64,000 bases of DNA from Macrostomum hystrix (lineage: Eukaryota; Animalia; Platyhelminthes), in the NCBI GenBank assembly GCA_950097015.1, contig CATNEN010000034.1, positions 3,658,001 through 3,722,000 of the forward strand, read 5' to 3'. The notes beneath the pieces were generated by a model that saw only the letters and a program-made list of their open reading frames with translations, had not been told where the DNA came from and did not search any database. The position numbers and the translations under genes were made by a program. How positions within the stretch are numbered: the first letter of the stretch is position 1; each line of letters starts with the position of its first letter. Positions 50,787 to 63,582 of this stretch are shown piece after piece.

Positions 50787-51251
50787 TCAACGACGACCGT
50801 CGCGACGTCTCGGACTGCGGCTTCGGCTGCGACTGTAGCTCCTGCCGCGGCTATCGCTGCGGCTGCGGCTGTAGCTGCGCCTGGAGCGGGAACCGCCGCC
50901 GCCGCCGCCAAAGCCACCGCCGCCGCCCCTCTCCGGGCACTCGTAAGCGAAGTGGCCGCTGCGGTTGCACTGATAGCAGCGATCGTTGCGCGGCCCGCCG
51001 CCAGCCGCGCGCCGCTCGTGCTTGGCTAGTTCCATGCGAATGCGCCGACCGTTCACTTTAGGAGAGTCGCGAACGGCGTCTTCAGCGTCGCGACGCTCGG
51101 CGAATGTGACGAAGGCGTAGGTGCCTTTGCCGTGGACCCAGACAGAGTCCAGGGTGCCGTAACTGCGCAGGCTGCGCTTGATGTCGCTCTCGTTGGTACC
51201 GTCAGGCAGGTCGCCAATGTACACGCGGCGGCCCATTTCATTTTTAGACAT
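50787..51251 (-). CDS. SRSF7: SR splicing factor SRSF7/SRSF3-like (RRM + CCHC zinc knuckle + RS domain), intronless, 154 aa
   Basis: RVYIGDL, SVWVHGKGTYAFVTFAERRDAEDAVRD, RCYQCNRSGHFAYECP, RS dipeptide tail. Confidence 0.9.
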   Translation of the reverse strand: MSKNEMGRRVYIGDLPDGTNESDIKRSLRSYGTLDSVWVHGKGTYAFVTFAERRDAEDAVRDSPKVNGRRIRMELAKHERRAAGGGPRNDRCYQCNRSGHFAYECPERGGGGGFGGGGGGSRSRRSYSRSRSDSRGRSYSRSRSRSPRRRDGRR

Positions 51252-51311
51252 GGCTGTTTCGGGCTAGAAAGGGAAGGTGGACAGTTCAAAAAACACATTC
51301 ACTTCCTACCA

Positions 51312-52342
51312 GCTGTGACTAGAGTCTGAATCTCCTGACTGTGACTAGAGTCTGAATCTCCTGACTGTGACTAGAGTCTGAATCTCCTGACTGTGACTAG
51401 AGTCTGAATCTCCTGACTGTGACTAGAGTCTGAATCTCCTGACTGTGACTAGAGTCTGAATCTCCTGACTGTGACTAGAGTCTGAATCTCCTGACTGTGA
51501 CTAGAGTCTGAATCTCATCACTGTGACTAGAGTCTGAATCTCCTGACTGTGACTAGAGTCTGAATCTCCTGACTGTGACTAGAGTCTGAATCTCCTGACT
51601 GTGACTAGAGTCTGAATCTCCTGACTGTGACTAGAGTCTGAATCTCCTGACTGTGACTAGAGTCTGAATCTCCTGACTGTGACTAGAATCTGTACCAGCT
51701 GAGTGTGACTAGAATCTGTATCAGCTGACTATGACTAGAATCTGTATCAGCTGACTGTGACTAGAATCTGTACCAGCTGACTGTGACTAGAGTCTGAATC
51801 TCCTGACTGTGACTAGAGTCTGAATCTCCTGACTGTGACTAGAATCTGTATCAGCTGAGTGTGACTAGAATCTGTACCAGCTGAGTGTGACAAGAATCTG
51901 TATCAGCTGACTGTGACTAGAGTCTGAATCTCCTGACTGTGACTAGAGTCTGAATCTCCTGACTGTGACTAGAATCTGTATCAGCTGACTGTGACTAGAA
52001 TCTGTATCAGCTGACTGTGACTAGAATCTGTACCAGCTGAGTGTGACTAGAATCTGTACCAGCTGAGTGTGACAAGAATCTGTATCAGCTGACTGTGACT
52101 AGAGTCTGAATCTCCTGACTGTGACTAGAGTCTGAATCTCCTGACTGTGACTAGAATCTGTATCAGCTGACTGTGACTAGAATCTGTACCAGCTGAGTGT
52201 GACTAGAATCTGTATCAGCTGACTGTGACTAGAATCTGTATCAGCTGACTGTGACTAGAATCTGTACCAGCTGAGTGTGACTAGAATCTGTACCAGCTGA
52301 GTGTGACTAGAATCTGTACCAGCTGACTGTGACTAGAATCTG
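51312..52342. repeat. 26-bp minisatellite (CTGACTGTGACTAGAGTCTGAATCTC and variant) upstream of the SR gene
   Basis: 26-bp period; a rare variant recurs at 182 bp (51891/52073). Confidence 0.96.
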
Positions 52343-53032
52343 GTAAAGCAAAATACTACAAGGAGACGAATCCTTAACACACACTCAATGACACCGCAAA
52401 TATGTAATTATCTTGTTTTACAAGCAAAACTAAAGAAGAAATTACTCTTAACAAAAAAATTCTGGATTCCTGCGAATGACAAAAACGATGATAATTTCTT
52501 TATGGAGATCGTGATAAAGAAGAACCAATAACAAAGGGAAAATTTTTTGTTGCTAGACAATTTCGAATACAGTTGTTTAAATCGGTTAGAAAGATGAGTA
52601 AGAAAATCTGTCCAAAAAAAATAAACAAACATAAGTTGCTGCAATCAATCAATTTAGCGCATTATCGGAACTAAAGTGGACCTTTTAAATTAGATAACTT
52701 AAAGTTTTTAAATGCAAGGCCCTTGAGTTGTCGAGTTTAAACTTTTATGTGCTGGCGAAAGGAGCCTATAGGCAATTGTTCATGATGGATAAGAAATCAC
52801 TATTGAATAGGAAGAACAATCAAATCAATATAATAACGATACAAAACATGTTCTCATAGTGACCACAGATTAAGGAGGGTCTAAATTATGCAATATCAAT
52901 CCATAATTAGTAGCATACATTCTAAAAGGCCGAGATCTAAATTAATGAGCCTCAAAGCTCAGGAATAGAAAAACAATGAACGAGACTAATATACAGACAT
53001 GGATCTAATGTTGCGCTGTGAGTTTGAAGGTA

Positions 53033-53400
53033 CGGGTGGTAGATTTATAGGAAGGGGTGGTGGGTTTAGGGTTTATAGGAAGGGGTGGTAGATTTATAGG
53101 AGGGGGTGGTGGGTTTATAGGAAGGGGTGGAATATTTATAGGAAGGGGTGGAATATTTATAGGAGGGGGTGGTGGAAGGGGTGGAATATTTATAGGAAGG
53201 GGTGGTGGGTTTAAGGGGTGGGATATTTATAGGAAGGGGTGGTGGGTTTATAGGAAGGGGTGGTGGGTTTATAGGAAGGGGTGGTGGGTTTATAGGAAGG
53301 GGTGGTAGGTCTATATGAAGGGGTGGTGGGTTTATAGTAAGGGATGGTAGGTCTATATGAAGGGGTGGTGGGTTTGTAGGAAGGGGTGGTAGGTTTATAG
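53033..53400. repeat. G-rich 21-bp minisatellite (TTATAGGAAGGGGTGGTGGGT)
   Basis: 21-bp period (53226/53247). Confidence 0.92.
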
Positions 53401-53554
53401 TAAAGGCGGAGAGTGTAGAAAGGGCGGGGCCTTGTTTAAGTGTGGGAGGGAAGGGTTTCAGAAAATACAATGGAAGCTTAAGAGCTTAAAAAGACCAAAA
53501 AACGGACGAATCAATCGATCATAACAAAGCAGGGCATTCAGGTCAGAGAATTGG

Positions 53555-56500
53555 TCAGTAAAGAGGTCGTCGACCAGAATCGTGGCCATAATGAAACTGG
53601 CTAGTTGAAGATGATGGGCCGGAGCCAATAGCAGAATGACCGGCGCCGAGGAACATAGGCGGAGGTCGCTGCTGCTGCTGCAGCATTTGCTGTTGCTGCT
53701 GCTGTAAAATTAACTGATGCTGCTGCTGCAGTTGCTGCGGATAGGCGTGCCGATAAAAGACATCCGCTCGGTGACCGGAATAACTGGCCGCCGAGGCCGA
53801 GCCTCCAGGCCAGGAAATGATCGGCCCGGAGGCTTCGGCCGATGCGCCGGATGCGGAGGCCGGACTGCGGCGGCCACGGCTGCGGCTTCTGTGACGGCTG
53901 CGGCTGTGATGACTGTCACGCCGACGGTCTCGAGAAGTGGATCGACCATGGCTTGACGGGCGGGTGGACATGGACAGGTATATCGTTTGAAGAAATTCGA
54001 CTTTGAACCTGGATCTCTATGAGCATTGGGATCTCTATGAGCACTGGGAATTCTATGAGCACTGGGATCTCAATGAGCACTGGGATCTCAATGAGCACTG
54101 GGAATTCTATGAGCACTGGGATCTCAATGAGCCCTGGGATCTCAATGAGCACTTGGAATTCTTTGAGCACTGTGATCTCAATGAGCCCTGGGATCTCAAT
54201 GAGCACTGGGAATTCTTTGAGCACTGGGATCTCAATGAGTATTTAAGACTTATGAAACTCTAAGTAAGAAATTTAATCACGAGAAAAAGTCCAATGATTT
54301 TTATCGTCTTTAGCATTGAATTAAAAATGTGCCTCTCATTACGAATCGCTGTTCAGTAAAATAGAACTCGCCTGGATGCGACCAGAGATTGAGAGGCTTA
54401 TATTAATATTACACACCTTTACTCTTGGAAGCTGTCGCGTCGAAAAAATGACAAATGCCAGAAATCTAACACCACTATTTTATGAATCTGTGTTAGATTG
54501 CAATTCGCCAATTTATTCGCCCCAAACCAGCCGACCGCAATGCAGTTTATAAAGCACTGCCTTCCGAAAGTAAAAAATTTCCTGCGACTAAATTGAAAAC
54601 AAATTGTGCAAGGAATTTTCTCGCTTCAGATTGCAGAGCTGCGGACGACTGATGCCTCATATCAATTAAAAATCGATTAGTGAGACAGTAGGGCTAGCTT
54701 CCATTACCTACCATGCTTTAAAGTAGTTTCTTTATTAACTAAATGTAACTATGAAGTACGGGATTAACACATACTAAAGATTATAATATAATATCTAAGA
54801 TCATAAATCTGTAGATTGGGATCTAATGTCTGAGATAAATAAATCTGTAGATTGGGATCTAATGTCTGGGATCAATAAATCTGTAGATTGGGATCTAATG
54901 TCTGGGATCAATAAATCTGTAGATTGGGATCTAATGTCTGAGATAAATAAATCTGTAGATTGGGATCTAATGTCTGAGATAAATAAATCTGTAGATTGGG
55001 ATATAATGTCTGGGATCAATAAATCTGTAGATTGGGATATAATGTCTGGGATCAATAAATCTGTAGATTGGGATATAATGTCTGAGATCAATAAATCTGT
55101 AGATTGGGATCTAATGTCTGAGATAAATAAACCTGTAGATTGGGATCTAATGTCTGAGATATTGGGATCTAATGTCTGGGATCAATAAATCTGTAGATTG
55201 GGATCTAATGTCTGAGATATTGGGATCTAATGTCTGGGATCAATAAATCTGTAGATTGGGATTAAAAACTAGCTGATTCAAAGTTTGAGGGTTTCAGAAA
55301 TGAATTGTAAATTTGTGATCGATCCCCTTTGCTACCTGCCGCTTCCGGCCTTAGAATATCGGCCCTCCCGGCGCCGATGACTTGTCGAAGGGCGCGAACA
55401 GTCTGAGCGAGATCGCGAACGAGAACCCGTCCTGCCCGAGCGCCTACGCCAGTCGTGATAATTCCTATCCCGACTGACGCTTATTTCGTCGCGTTGGCGA
55501 CGCAGCTCAACTTCACGCTCCCATTTTTGCCGATCCAATTCGTCTCTGAGCTCGCGTTTGACCTCTTCTTTCATGCGCCTGTAATCTTCTTGCTCTTGCA
55601 TAAGTCGCCGCTCCTCCGACTCCGCCCTCTCTTTTTCCCATTTCAGTCGCAGTCGCTCAACCTCGAGCTGTTGCTGGTCGCGCTGCAGCTTCAGCCTTAA
55701 CTGTTCCAATTCAGTTTCGCGGCTAGGTTGCTGCGGGGGCGTCGGCAGCAGACAGGACATCCGGTCACGATCATTGGTGCCATAGTTTTCCTGTCGCCAG
55801 GACTCTTTAAAGCCTCTCCGTCCGCGACTATTTCCTAGACCTATCGGCGGCATTGACGTTAGCAGCGTCGGCTGCTGCTGCAGCGGCGGCGGCGGCGGCG
55901 GCGGCGGCGATGTCGGACTAATAGAAGCCATCTCGCCGACTCTGGCGCAACGCGCCGATTCTAAAAAGAAGCGCAAGTCATCAGATCGCACCGAAGCCGA
56001 CGGATGCGGCAGAGGCGCTGGCGGCGATGGCAGCTTCGGCTGCCGGCGGCCGCTCACCTGTTGATGATGCCTAGAAGCCTTGCTGGAATCATTCCGTCGC
56101 CCTGTGCCAACGGTTGATAATTTATTCGATGACGCAATCTTTTTTTTTCGCCACTCCGACAAAGGCGGCGATGATGACGGCGAAATCCGTCTGTTAGTGG
56201 ACGGTCGCTTATCTTTGTCCTTCTCTTTCTGCTTCTCTTGGCGATGCTGGCCAAGCTTCTGATGCGATGCGGAAGCAGAAACTGATCCGGAAGCAGACTT
56301 TGATTTCGAAGAAATATCTCCTTGCCTCTGACGCATTTTATCATGAGAAGGTTTATGCTGTGACGTTGGCGTCGGTGGCTTCGGTGGCCGCGGCGGCGAC
56401 TTTGACTTAGTCCTCGACTTTGAAGTCATAGACTGAAGAAGTGATGAGCAGGGGCAGAGGCAATAGAAAGTGCGATAATTATTAACTAGTTTCTGTTTAC

Positions 56501-58052
56501 TGTTTTTAAGCACTAAATATGCTGTGAGGTGCTTGTAAGTAGTAGTTGCGTGTATTTTCTTACCTTTCCAGTATGCCATTTCGGTTGACTATTGCTATTG
56601 CTATCAGGTGGCGATCTAATCAAAGTTGGCTCCGGGCGTTTTTCTACAGCAGCGGAAGACGCAAGGGAAGAGGATAGTGTTGCTGCTTCTTTTGTTACCG
56701 ATGTTTCTGCTGCTGCTGCTGCTGCTGCCGCTTTAGCAACTTTGACTTTAACGGCTTTCTCAATTGGCGACTTCGGCCGGGAACGGTCGACGAAGAGCTT
56801 TTTGCCGTGGAATTCAGACTGGTTAAGCTCTTGTACACACCTACGATTGGGTTTTGCAATACGACTGAATGTTAGTTAAAGAATACCACTTATAAAATCT
56901 GTCGGTCTATTCACTTAGTTGGCTATTACCCACCCAGCCTGTCAGTAGGCTATTACCCACCCAGCCAGTCAGTAGGCTATAACCCACCCAGCCAGTCAGT
57001 AGGCTATTACCCACCCAGCCTGTCAGTAGGCTATTACCCACCCAGCCTGTCAGTAGGCTATAACCCACCCAGCCAGTCAGTAGGCTATTACCCACCCAGC
57101 CTGTCAGTAGGTTATTACCCACCCAGCCTGTCAGTAGGTTATTACCCACCCAGCCTGTCAGTAGGTTATTACCCACCCAGACTGTCAGTAGGCTATTACC
57201 CACCCACCCAGCCAGTCAGTTGGCTATTACGCACCCACCCAGCCAGTCAGTTGGCTACTACCCACCCACCGACCCAGCCAGTCAGTTGGCTACTACCCAC
57301 CCACCCAGCCAGTCAGTTGGCTATTAACCACCCACCCAGCCAGTCAGTTGGATACTCAAAGGTCCAGAGCCCGCAGGCCTCACTGATCAGCATCCTCAGC
57401 CGTTGTCAGCTGCACTAGGCCAAACCGTTGCTGCCTAATGGCGCTGTTGTTGTTGCCACAAGCTGCAAGGCCTTCATAGGTTAAGCCTGGCAGCGCCCTA
57501 GCAACAATCTTGGTTGACAGGACACGACCATGTCGACTGAAGAGTTCCTTGAGATCGGCCGCTTTAGCCCCGTCAGCTAAGTTGCTGACCCACAGCAAGC
57601 ATCGGGAATCTAGAGTAGCAACGTAATTCAAAATCGGGAAAATTGTTTAAAAGCGGTATTTTGTAATTGAGAACAGTACTATTTGATATATTACCAAAAA
57701 GTAAAGAAAGTAAGACAACTCTTACCAGTTATGTCACTCTTCTTTAATAAACGTTTCTAAAATTGGAACCAATTAAGGTAAAAATGAAGACTAAATAGTC
57801 TTGAAAAGTCATTTCAATAATTGTCATTTAGTAAAGCTGTATGTATTGTCTTACTGTGGATGAGGACTTCGTGTCATTCGTAATATCGCATTGAGTTTGT
57901 AAACAATCTTGCAAGTCTTGGCAATCTAAAAATATAGAATATGGTAATTAAATAAACCATTCATCGTGCTTAAAATTACCAAAAACTCCATTATAAAAAA
58001 TAGACTAACCCTTTTTGCAAGACCCTGAAGATTGTCCCGCACTTGTTAAATG
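53555..58052 (-). CDS. SAFB/SLTM-like RNA-binding protein (RRM, Glu/Arg coiled coil, RS/Q-rich tail); 5'-partial model
   Basis: Phase-consistent exons complement(58010..58052, 57855..57925, 57726..57756, 57384..57609, 56564..56840, 55336..56432, 53555..53951). RRM LWVSNLADGAKAADLKELFSRHGRVLSTKIV...FGLVQLTTAEDADQCVQELNQSEFHGKKLFVDR; LQRDQQQLEVERLRLKWEKERAESEERR resembles the SAFB ER-rich region. The three small 5' exons rest on splice logic only. Confidence 0.78.
54005..54245. repeat. 18-bp minisatellite (GAGCACTGGGATCTCAAT) in SAFB-like last intron
   Basis: 18-bp period with alternating variants. Confidence 0.93.
54805..55262. repeat. 36-bp minisatellite (AATAAATCTGTAGATTGGGATCTAATGTCTGGGATC) in SAFB-like last intron
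   Basis: 36-bp period. Confidence 0.94.
56918..57352. repeat. 27-bp minisatellite (ATTACCCACCCAGCCTGTCAGTAGGCT) in the intron splitting the SAFB-like RRM
   Basis: 27-bp period, expanding to 31-bp variants towards 57350. Confidence 0.94.
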
Positions 58053-61000
58053 CTGAAAAGTATAGTTAGTATAAGAATGTTTATAGTATTCTGCCTTTTT
58101 AAACACAGGCACATATTATCAGCATAAGAAAATAACTAGGGCAGTTCTTACTGTTGCCCCTAGGTCTATGGACAATAGAGATTGATAGAGAAAAACTCGA
58201 ACAAAAATTATGTCTGCTTTTAAACATTCATTTAAATTTATATTTTCCTGACATAACCTGGTAATAAATCCATAACTAAAAGCCAGAAAAAACATGGTAG
58301 TACTATTTAATATGACCTAATAAAACAAGGTTAATGCTAAAAGGCAAACACTGTAAATGTCTGTCTTAAAATTGTAATTCTTTTTATAATTTATAATTTA
58401 TAATTTATCTAATTTATATTTATTTAAGATTTAGTTTTATCTGTGTAGCTAGTTTTAGCATAGCTCTTAAGCTCATTAATCTAATTAGTTTTTTCTGTTT
58501 CCACTCTCTTACCTGCAATTATTGTCACTAACATTAACAAATATTTCAAATATTATAGACCATTATGTCAAGACATCTACACGTTGTACTATTATAGAAT
58601 ATACAGACTATTTTTACTTTAGCTAGAAAATACATTAATAGGACCATCAGTATTATAAAAAGAAATGTATGATTCCCTGGTTATGATTATTTGTATAATT
58701 ATAACAAGTAATGATGTAGGCCTAGCTATTTGATGAGTAGGCCTAGCTTCAATGTTTTAGATAGGGTGGGAAGTTTGCATTTTCCCTAATCCTGTTTTCA
58801 GTTGGCTTACAGTAGTATATGGTATAGTATATGGTCCAAGTTTTTTGGTTACACTATCAAACAGAGAAAATTTAAGTTTTTTTGTCATTCCTATAGGCTT
58901 TGAGCCACATTGCCGACAGAATACTTAAAATAGGGGTCCTAAGTTGTGAACATTATATCTGACTTGCTGCCCCTGGCATACATTTTTATGCCTGGCATAC
59001 ATAAGGAAAATTATTTACCATTACACTGAATATCTACAGGAGACAAAATAATAGTCCAACTATACTAAATCTTTCAAATTTGTTTGCTTCTTGGTTGTTT
59101 GATTGTCTGTCTGGCTGAAACTGTCAACAAAGTGAAAAACTAGACCAATTTTCATTGTGTTTTGAATCAAAATTTGCAAATATTTCTGTAACAATATGGT
59201 TCAACTTACATTTTAATCTGTAAACAAGCATTTTAAAACTAGGAAAAAACTTTTCTTTCCCTATCCAATTGCCCAATACACAAGAAAAGAGTGTATTTTT
59301 CTTGCAGTCAGCTTGATTCTAATCTCTGATGTCTATGGTCTGTTTTTGTTGGCTGCTTAGCTCGAGCCTCTATTTAAAGGCCATCTAACCAAGGAATTCA
59401 AAATCTAGCAACTGGAATGGCAACTGAAATAGTGGTGAGGACTTTTTATACAATATTAGGCTTACTATGATTGCCATAGACATAGGATTTGTTTGCCTCA
59501 TCAACTTAGATTGCCACTAAGAAGAATCAGATTTGTTTGCTTTTTGTCTTAGTCTGTAAGCACTAAAATAAAATGCCAAAGTGACTTTCCTATAGCTGTC
59601 TTTACATCCTCTGCAGAAGTTTTGTGTCTTCTACATGCCAAATAAATGTGCCCTTTTGGCTGCAAGTTGGCAATGGCATGGTCAGCAAGGATTTCATCCA
59701 AAAGTGTAATATCTAGACAACCTGCTTGGCACATTGGTAGAAGAGCATTTTCCAAGAAGCAACTTTCAAGGGCACTCGAATTTGCTCTTTTTACTTCACA
59801 GAATCATATTTTATTATTGATAATCAGTCCAACAGCAATGCACATTGAAAAAAAAAGAAATAACATAAAAAATGTACCACTCTTGTAAAAAGAAGATTAA
59901 AAGAAGATGCAGTTCCTACCCAATACAGCATGACATCATATTTCACAAAAATATTTACCTGCTTCGCAGTCAAGAAACACATAGTTGCAATAGCATCACG
60001 AGTTTGATGTTGCACATGTGAAACAACAAGAGAGATTATTATGCCAGTGAAATAATTTGCTCACTTGATGATCTGGTGGCTAAGTGTTCAAAAGAGAAGA
60101 AGCCATTGGGATTTGCTGCATATCAATCAGAAGACGCTCTTAGCATTACACTCCCATGATCAAGACTTCCATAGTTATGAATTGTAAGTTAGAAGTCCTA
60201 GTTTTTTGTGGCAGTCAGGCAAATTACATTTGTGAGTTGCTAACAAAGCAGATCAATCAAGCTGAGACAAACAAAACATTGAAGAAGAGGTTGATGACAC
60301 AGCAAAAAAACTCACAGGTAGGAAGCATTGATTTTGATGAGTGTTGCCTACTTTGTGTATATCCAGACTAGCACAACTGGCCTGGCAAAAGCAAGAATAA
60401 CTTTGTTTTATTGCTATATTCTTTCTTTGCTTGCAAAATATTTCTGAATTGTGCTTAGTTTTCTTTTTGTTTGCCCTTTGTTACATTTTCTCAATACAAT
60501 TAATAAGCTATCTCTTTTTGCTTTACTTGCTTGATATACGTCTGTGCCTACCTGTGTTACATCTAGAAATTGAAATAGTTTAAATGTTTTCTTATGTTGC
60601 ACTTTATTCCTCTGTTTTTTTATTGTTTTGAAAATACACTTTAAAATGCAATCCCTCTTTTTGAATACTCTGTGTGTCTATGTTGCATGCTTGCTATCTT
60701 TAATCTTGGCCTCATTTTGTATAGCTGTAGCTGTATAGATGCATTAAAATTCTTTAATCAATGCTAATTGTAAAAGCTTTTATAACTCCGAGAAACACCC
60801 ACATGTACATTTTCGTTAGTTTTTGTCTATTTAAGTGTATTTGGTTGCACTATGGCATAGATATATATTATCTTATCTTATCCTATGCTAACTTTATTAA
60901 AGGGTAAAACAGCAGAATTTTTATAACTAAGGTTTGGATAGTCTAGGATAAATTTCAGCGACCTGAGTAAACTGGGATATATAAAAATAATAGAAAGTGG

Positions 61001-62520
61001 AAGGCAAAGGGGGACAGATATGATATTGAAATTGCAAAACCAATAAGAATTCAAGCTGTTCCTGTGACAACATGTTTGGGGTGAAACTCCTTCCCCACCA
61101 CTCTACAACATGCATGTAGCATTGAAATCTTGAGAGCCACAGAAATGAATTAAGAGATTATATTGTAGGCAGTTGAAAAAATGCATTTGATAAAAATCCT
61201 ATGACATCTTGTTTATCTTTACACCTTACCAACAATCACCACCAACCATCACCACTACCAACCACTAACAGATTAGGAAAAACCCAACCCCAAAATTTGT
61301 ATCTAGCATTAACATTTCTGAAAGGCTTGAGTACCAAACACAAAGGAAATAAGAGTTCCCATTGCAGGCATAGTTTTACTGTTTTCTGTTTTTGTTTTGG
61401 CACTTACTTCAGTGCCAAGTAAATTTATTATAGTAGGCCTAGTTTACCTAAATCTGTCAAAAAAGCAAATGAAATTCTGAGTAATACAAATGAAGAAATT
61501 GAAAAAGAAAGGACAAAACATTTCTAAAAAAGTATTACATTACGAGGAAGATGAGGTTAAGCTAAGCCTAAAGCCTAGCTAGGCTATGTAGGCTTAATGT
61601 TATTTTTAAAATAGGCCTTTTAAGGACTTTTACTGTAAGCAGATTTAAGTTAGGCTAGTATACTTATAGGCCCCTACTAATAGTATATATAATTAATGGG
61701 TAAAATCCACATAAATTAAAAACCTGTGTAGTAAGGGCAGCTCTATAACAATTGGCATTGGCATTAATCTCAATTTTTTATAAAACTTCTATAGGGCCTA
61801 ACTAAAAATAAATCATCTATAGACATATAGGCCTATACTGTAAATATAAAATGTTAGGCCCCCCTATGTAAAAATAAAAAAACAAATATCACTTGACATT
61901 AAAGGAACATACATTTTTACTTATTATAGCAAATTTCTATGTTTTCGATTCTTCATCGGGACAACAAAACTAGGGGGCCTAGTTGTACTAGTTGTAGTAG
62001 GGCCTACCATTGTCATTGAGACCAATGCAGCCTGTACAGCAATAGGCCTAGATAGTCCTATAATACGCAGTTTCAAGTTTCCACGCTTTCTATCCTTCGA
62101 CATCAATCGTTAAACGTAAGGTTAGTAGCATAATACTCATACTATTCCAAAACGATTAACAATCCTAGATACTTAACTGCATAAACGCCATACAGTCTCA
62201 AAGCTATTAAAACCGAAAACGAAGTAAATGACGGTTTGAAAAATTATTGCCGTATCGAAAAAACAAGTCAAACTGTTTTGTTATGCATGAACTTTTAAAT
62301 AAGGAACTCAAAAAGTTAAATTTGTTTAATTAAAAGTTTTTTACTCAGCAAAAATTGTAAGTGGTAATCTTAAAAATTTTCAAATACACTTTGACTTTCA
62401 TAGAACTTCAGATTCGGCTGAGCTTCATTTTCTGTATGCTGAAGTCTGATTTTATTAGTATTCATAAACGATTTTCAAAGAGGTACTGTGTGCTTAATTA
62501 TATGAACTACTTTTATTTTA

Positions 62521-62830
62521 ATGGCAAGTAAAAATAGTCAGTCTAAAGACCCTAGGGACGAGGACACACTAGAAAGATGCGACAGCTTCAGCTCAACACT
62601 ACCTAAGCCGTCTACGAAAAAACATGATAATTGTGTGCACTGCCAAGAGTCACTTTTTTCTAATTCAGGAACAACGGTAGAAGATTTGAAACTTGTTTTA
62701 CAGGATAAATCGTTCCTAAGTAATGTTTTATCTGACTTACAGGATGACTCGGATAATTCACCAGAACAAAAAATCCTTCAAAGAAGCCTTTCTATTAAGT
62801 CAAGACCAAAGCTTTATTCAACAAGTCATG
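62521..62830 (+). CDS. Probable first coding exon of an unidentified gene
   Basis: ATG, 103 hydrophilic codons (with a CxxC), strong donor G|GTAAGT at 62830/62831; no recognisable domain. Confidence 0.4.
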
Positions 62831-63299
62831 GTAAGTTTCCGTTTTCTAATTTTGCTTGCTTTTCAGTTGAATGTTGAATGTTTTAAAGTAGGGTGCTAGT
62901 CACTTAGTCACAGCTGCATTTCACCATTAGTTTATGGGAAAAGTAAAATTGAGCTTCAAAAAATATATGCCAAGATGCACCGATATTACAAAAATGTGAC
63001 TATAGCTACACTGATATGGCAGCTATGTCCATGCATCTAAAAGGCAAAACAAAGGAAGAAGATAATATTTTTGTATTAGAAACATTATTTTAATAATAAT
63101 ATATATAGGGCCTATATAATTTTAGGACTTAAATTTACTTTCATTCTCTAAATTAATTTCCTCATTTAAAATGGTGCAAATGATGCGGAATGATGAATGG
63201 AAGTTGTCTATGGCCCATAGTAGCCGCGTTGAGTTGTTTGGGGCACAAAAATTTGGCTGAGTTTTATTGAGCCCTCACTAAGTTTGGATTTTAGAGACT

Positions 63300-63582
63300 T
63301 CAAGACTTTTCTGATTTGCAAATGGCTGGACAGCCCCCAAGACCATCGTGGATTGTACCACCGAATTAAGTTCTACCGGCATAGGCACTGATGGAACTAA
63401 ATATGAATTCAAGGGATCTGATGGAAGTGACGGCAAGTACTGACAAGACTATGTGGCATGGCACTAGCGATGCCCTCTTTGAATCATACATCCAAGAGTA
63501 TCTATGGCAACGCCTTCACCCGGGGCCTGCCAAGGCTTTTGTCAGCATTCTGTACTGTATTTGTCATTATTACCCAGTTTAG
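63300..63582 (+). mobile_element. Possible Merlin/ISXO2-like transposase remnant
   Basis: HGTSDALFESYIQEYLWQRLH..AFVSILYCICHYYPV resembles the C-terminus of eukaryotic IS1595/Merlin transposases; the rest is deleted or degenerate. Confidence 0.45.

Noticed and set aside
59400-60600. Short ORFs with a decayed-transposase look in the AT-rich 59-61 kb region
   Set aside because: No recognisable catalytic motif, TIR or consistent frame, so I cannot support any assignment by eye.
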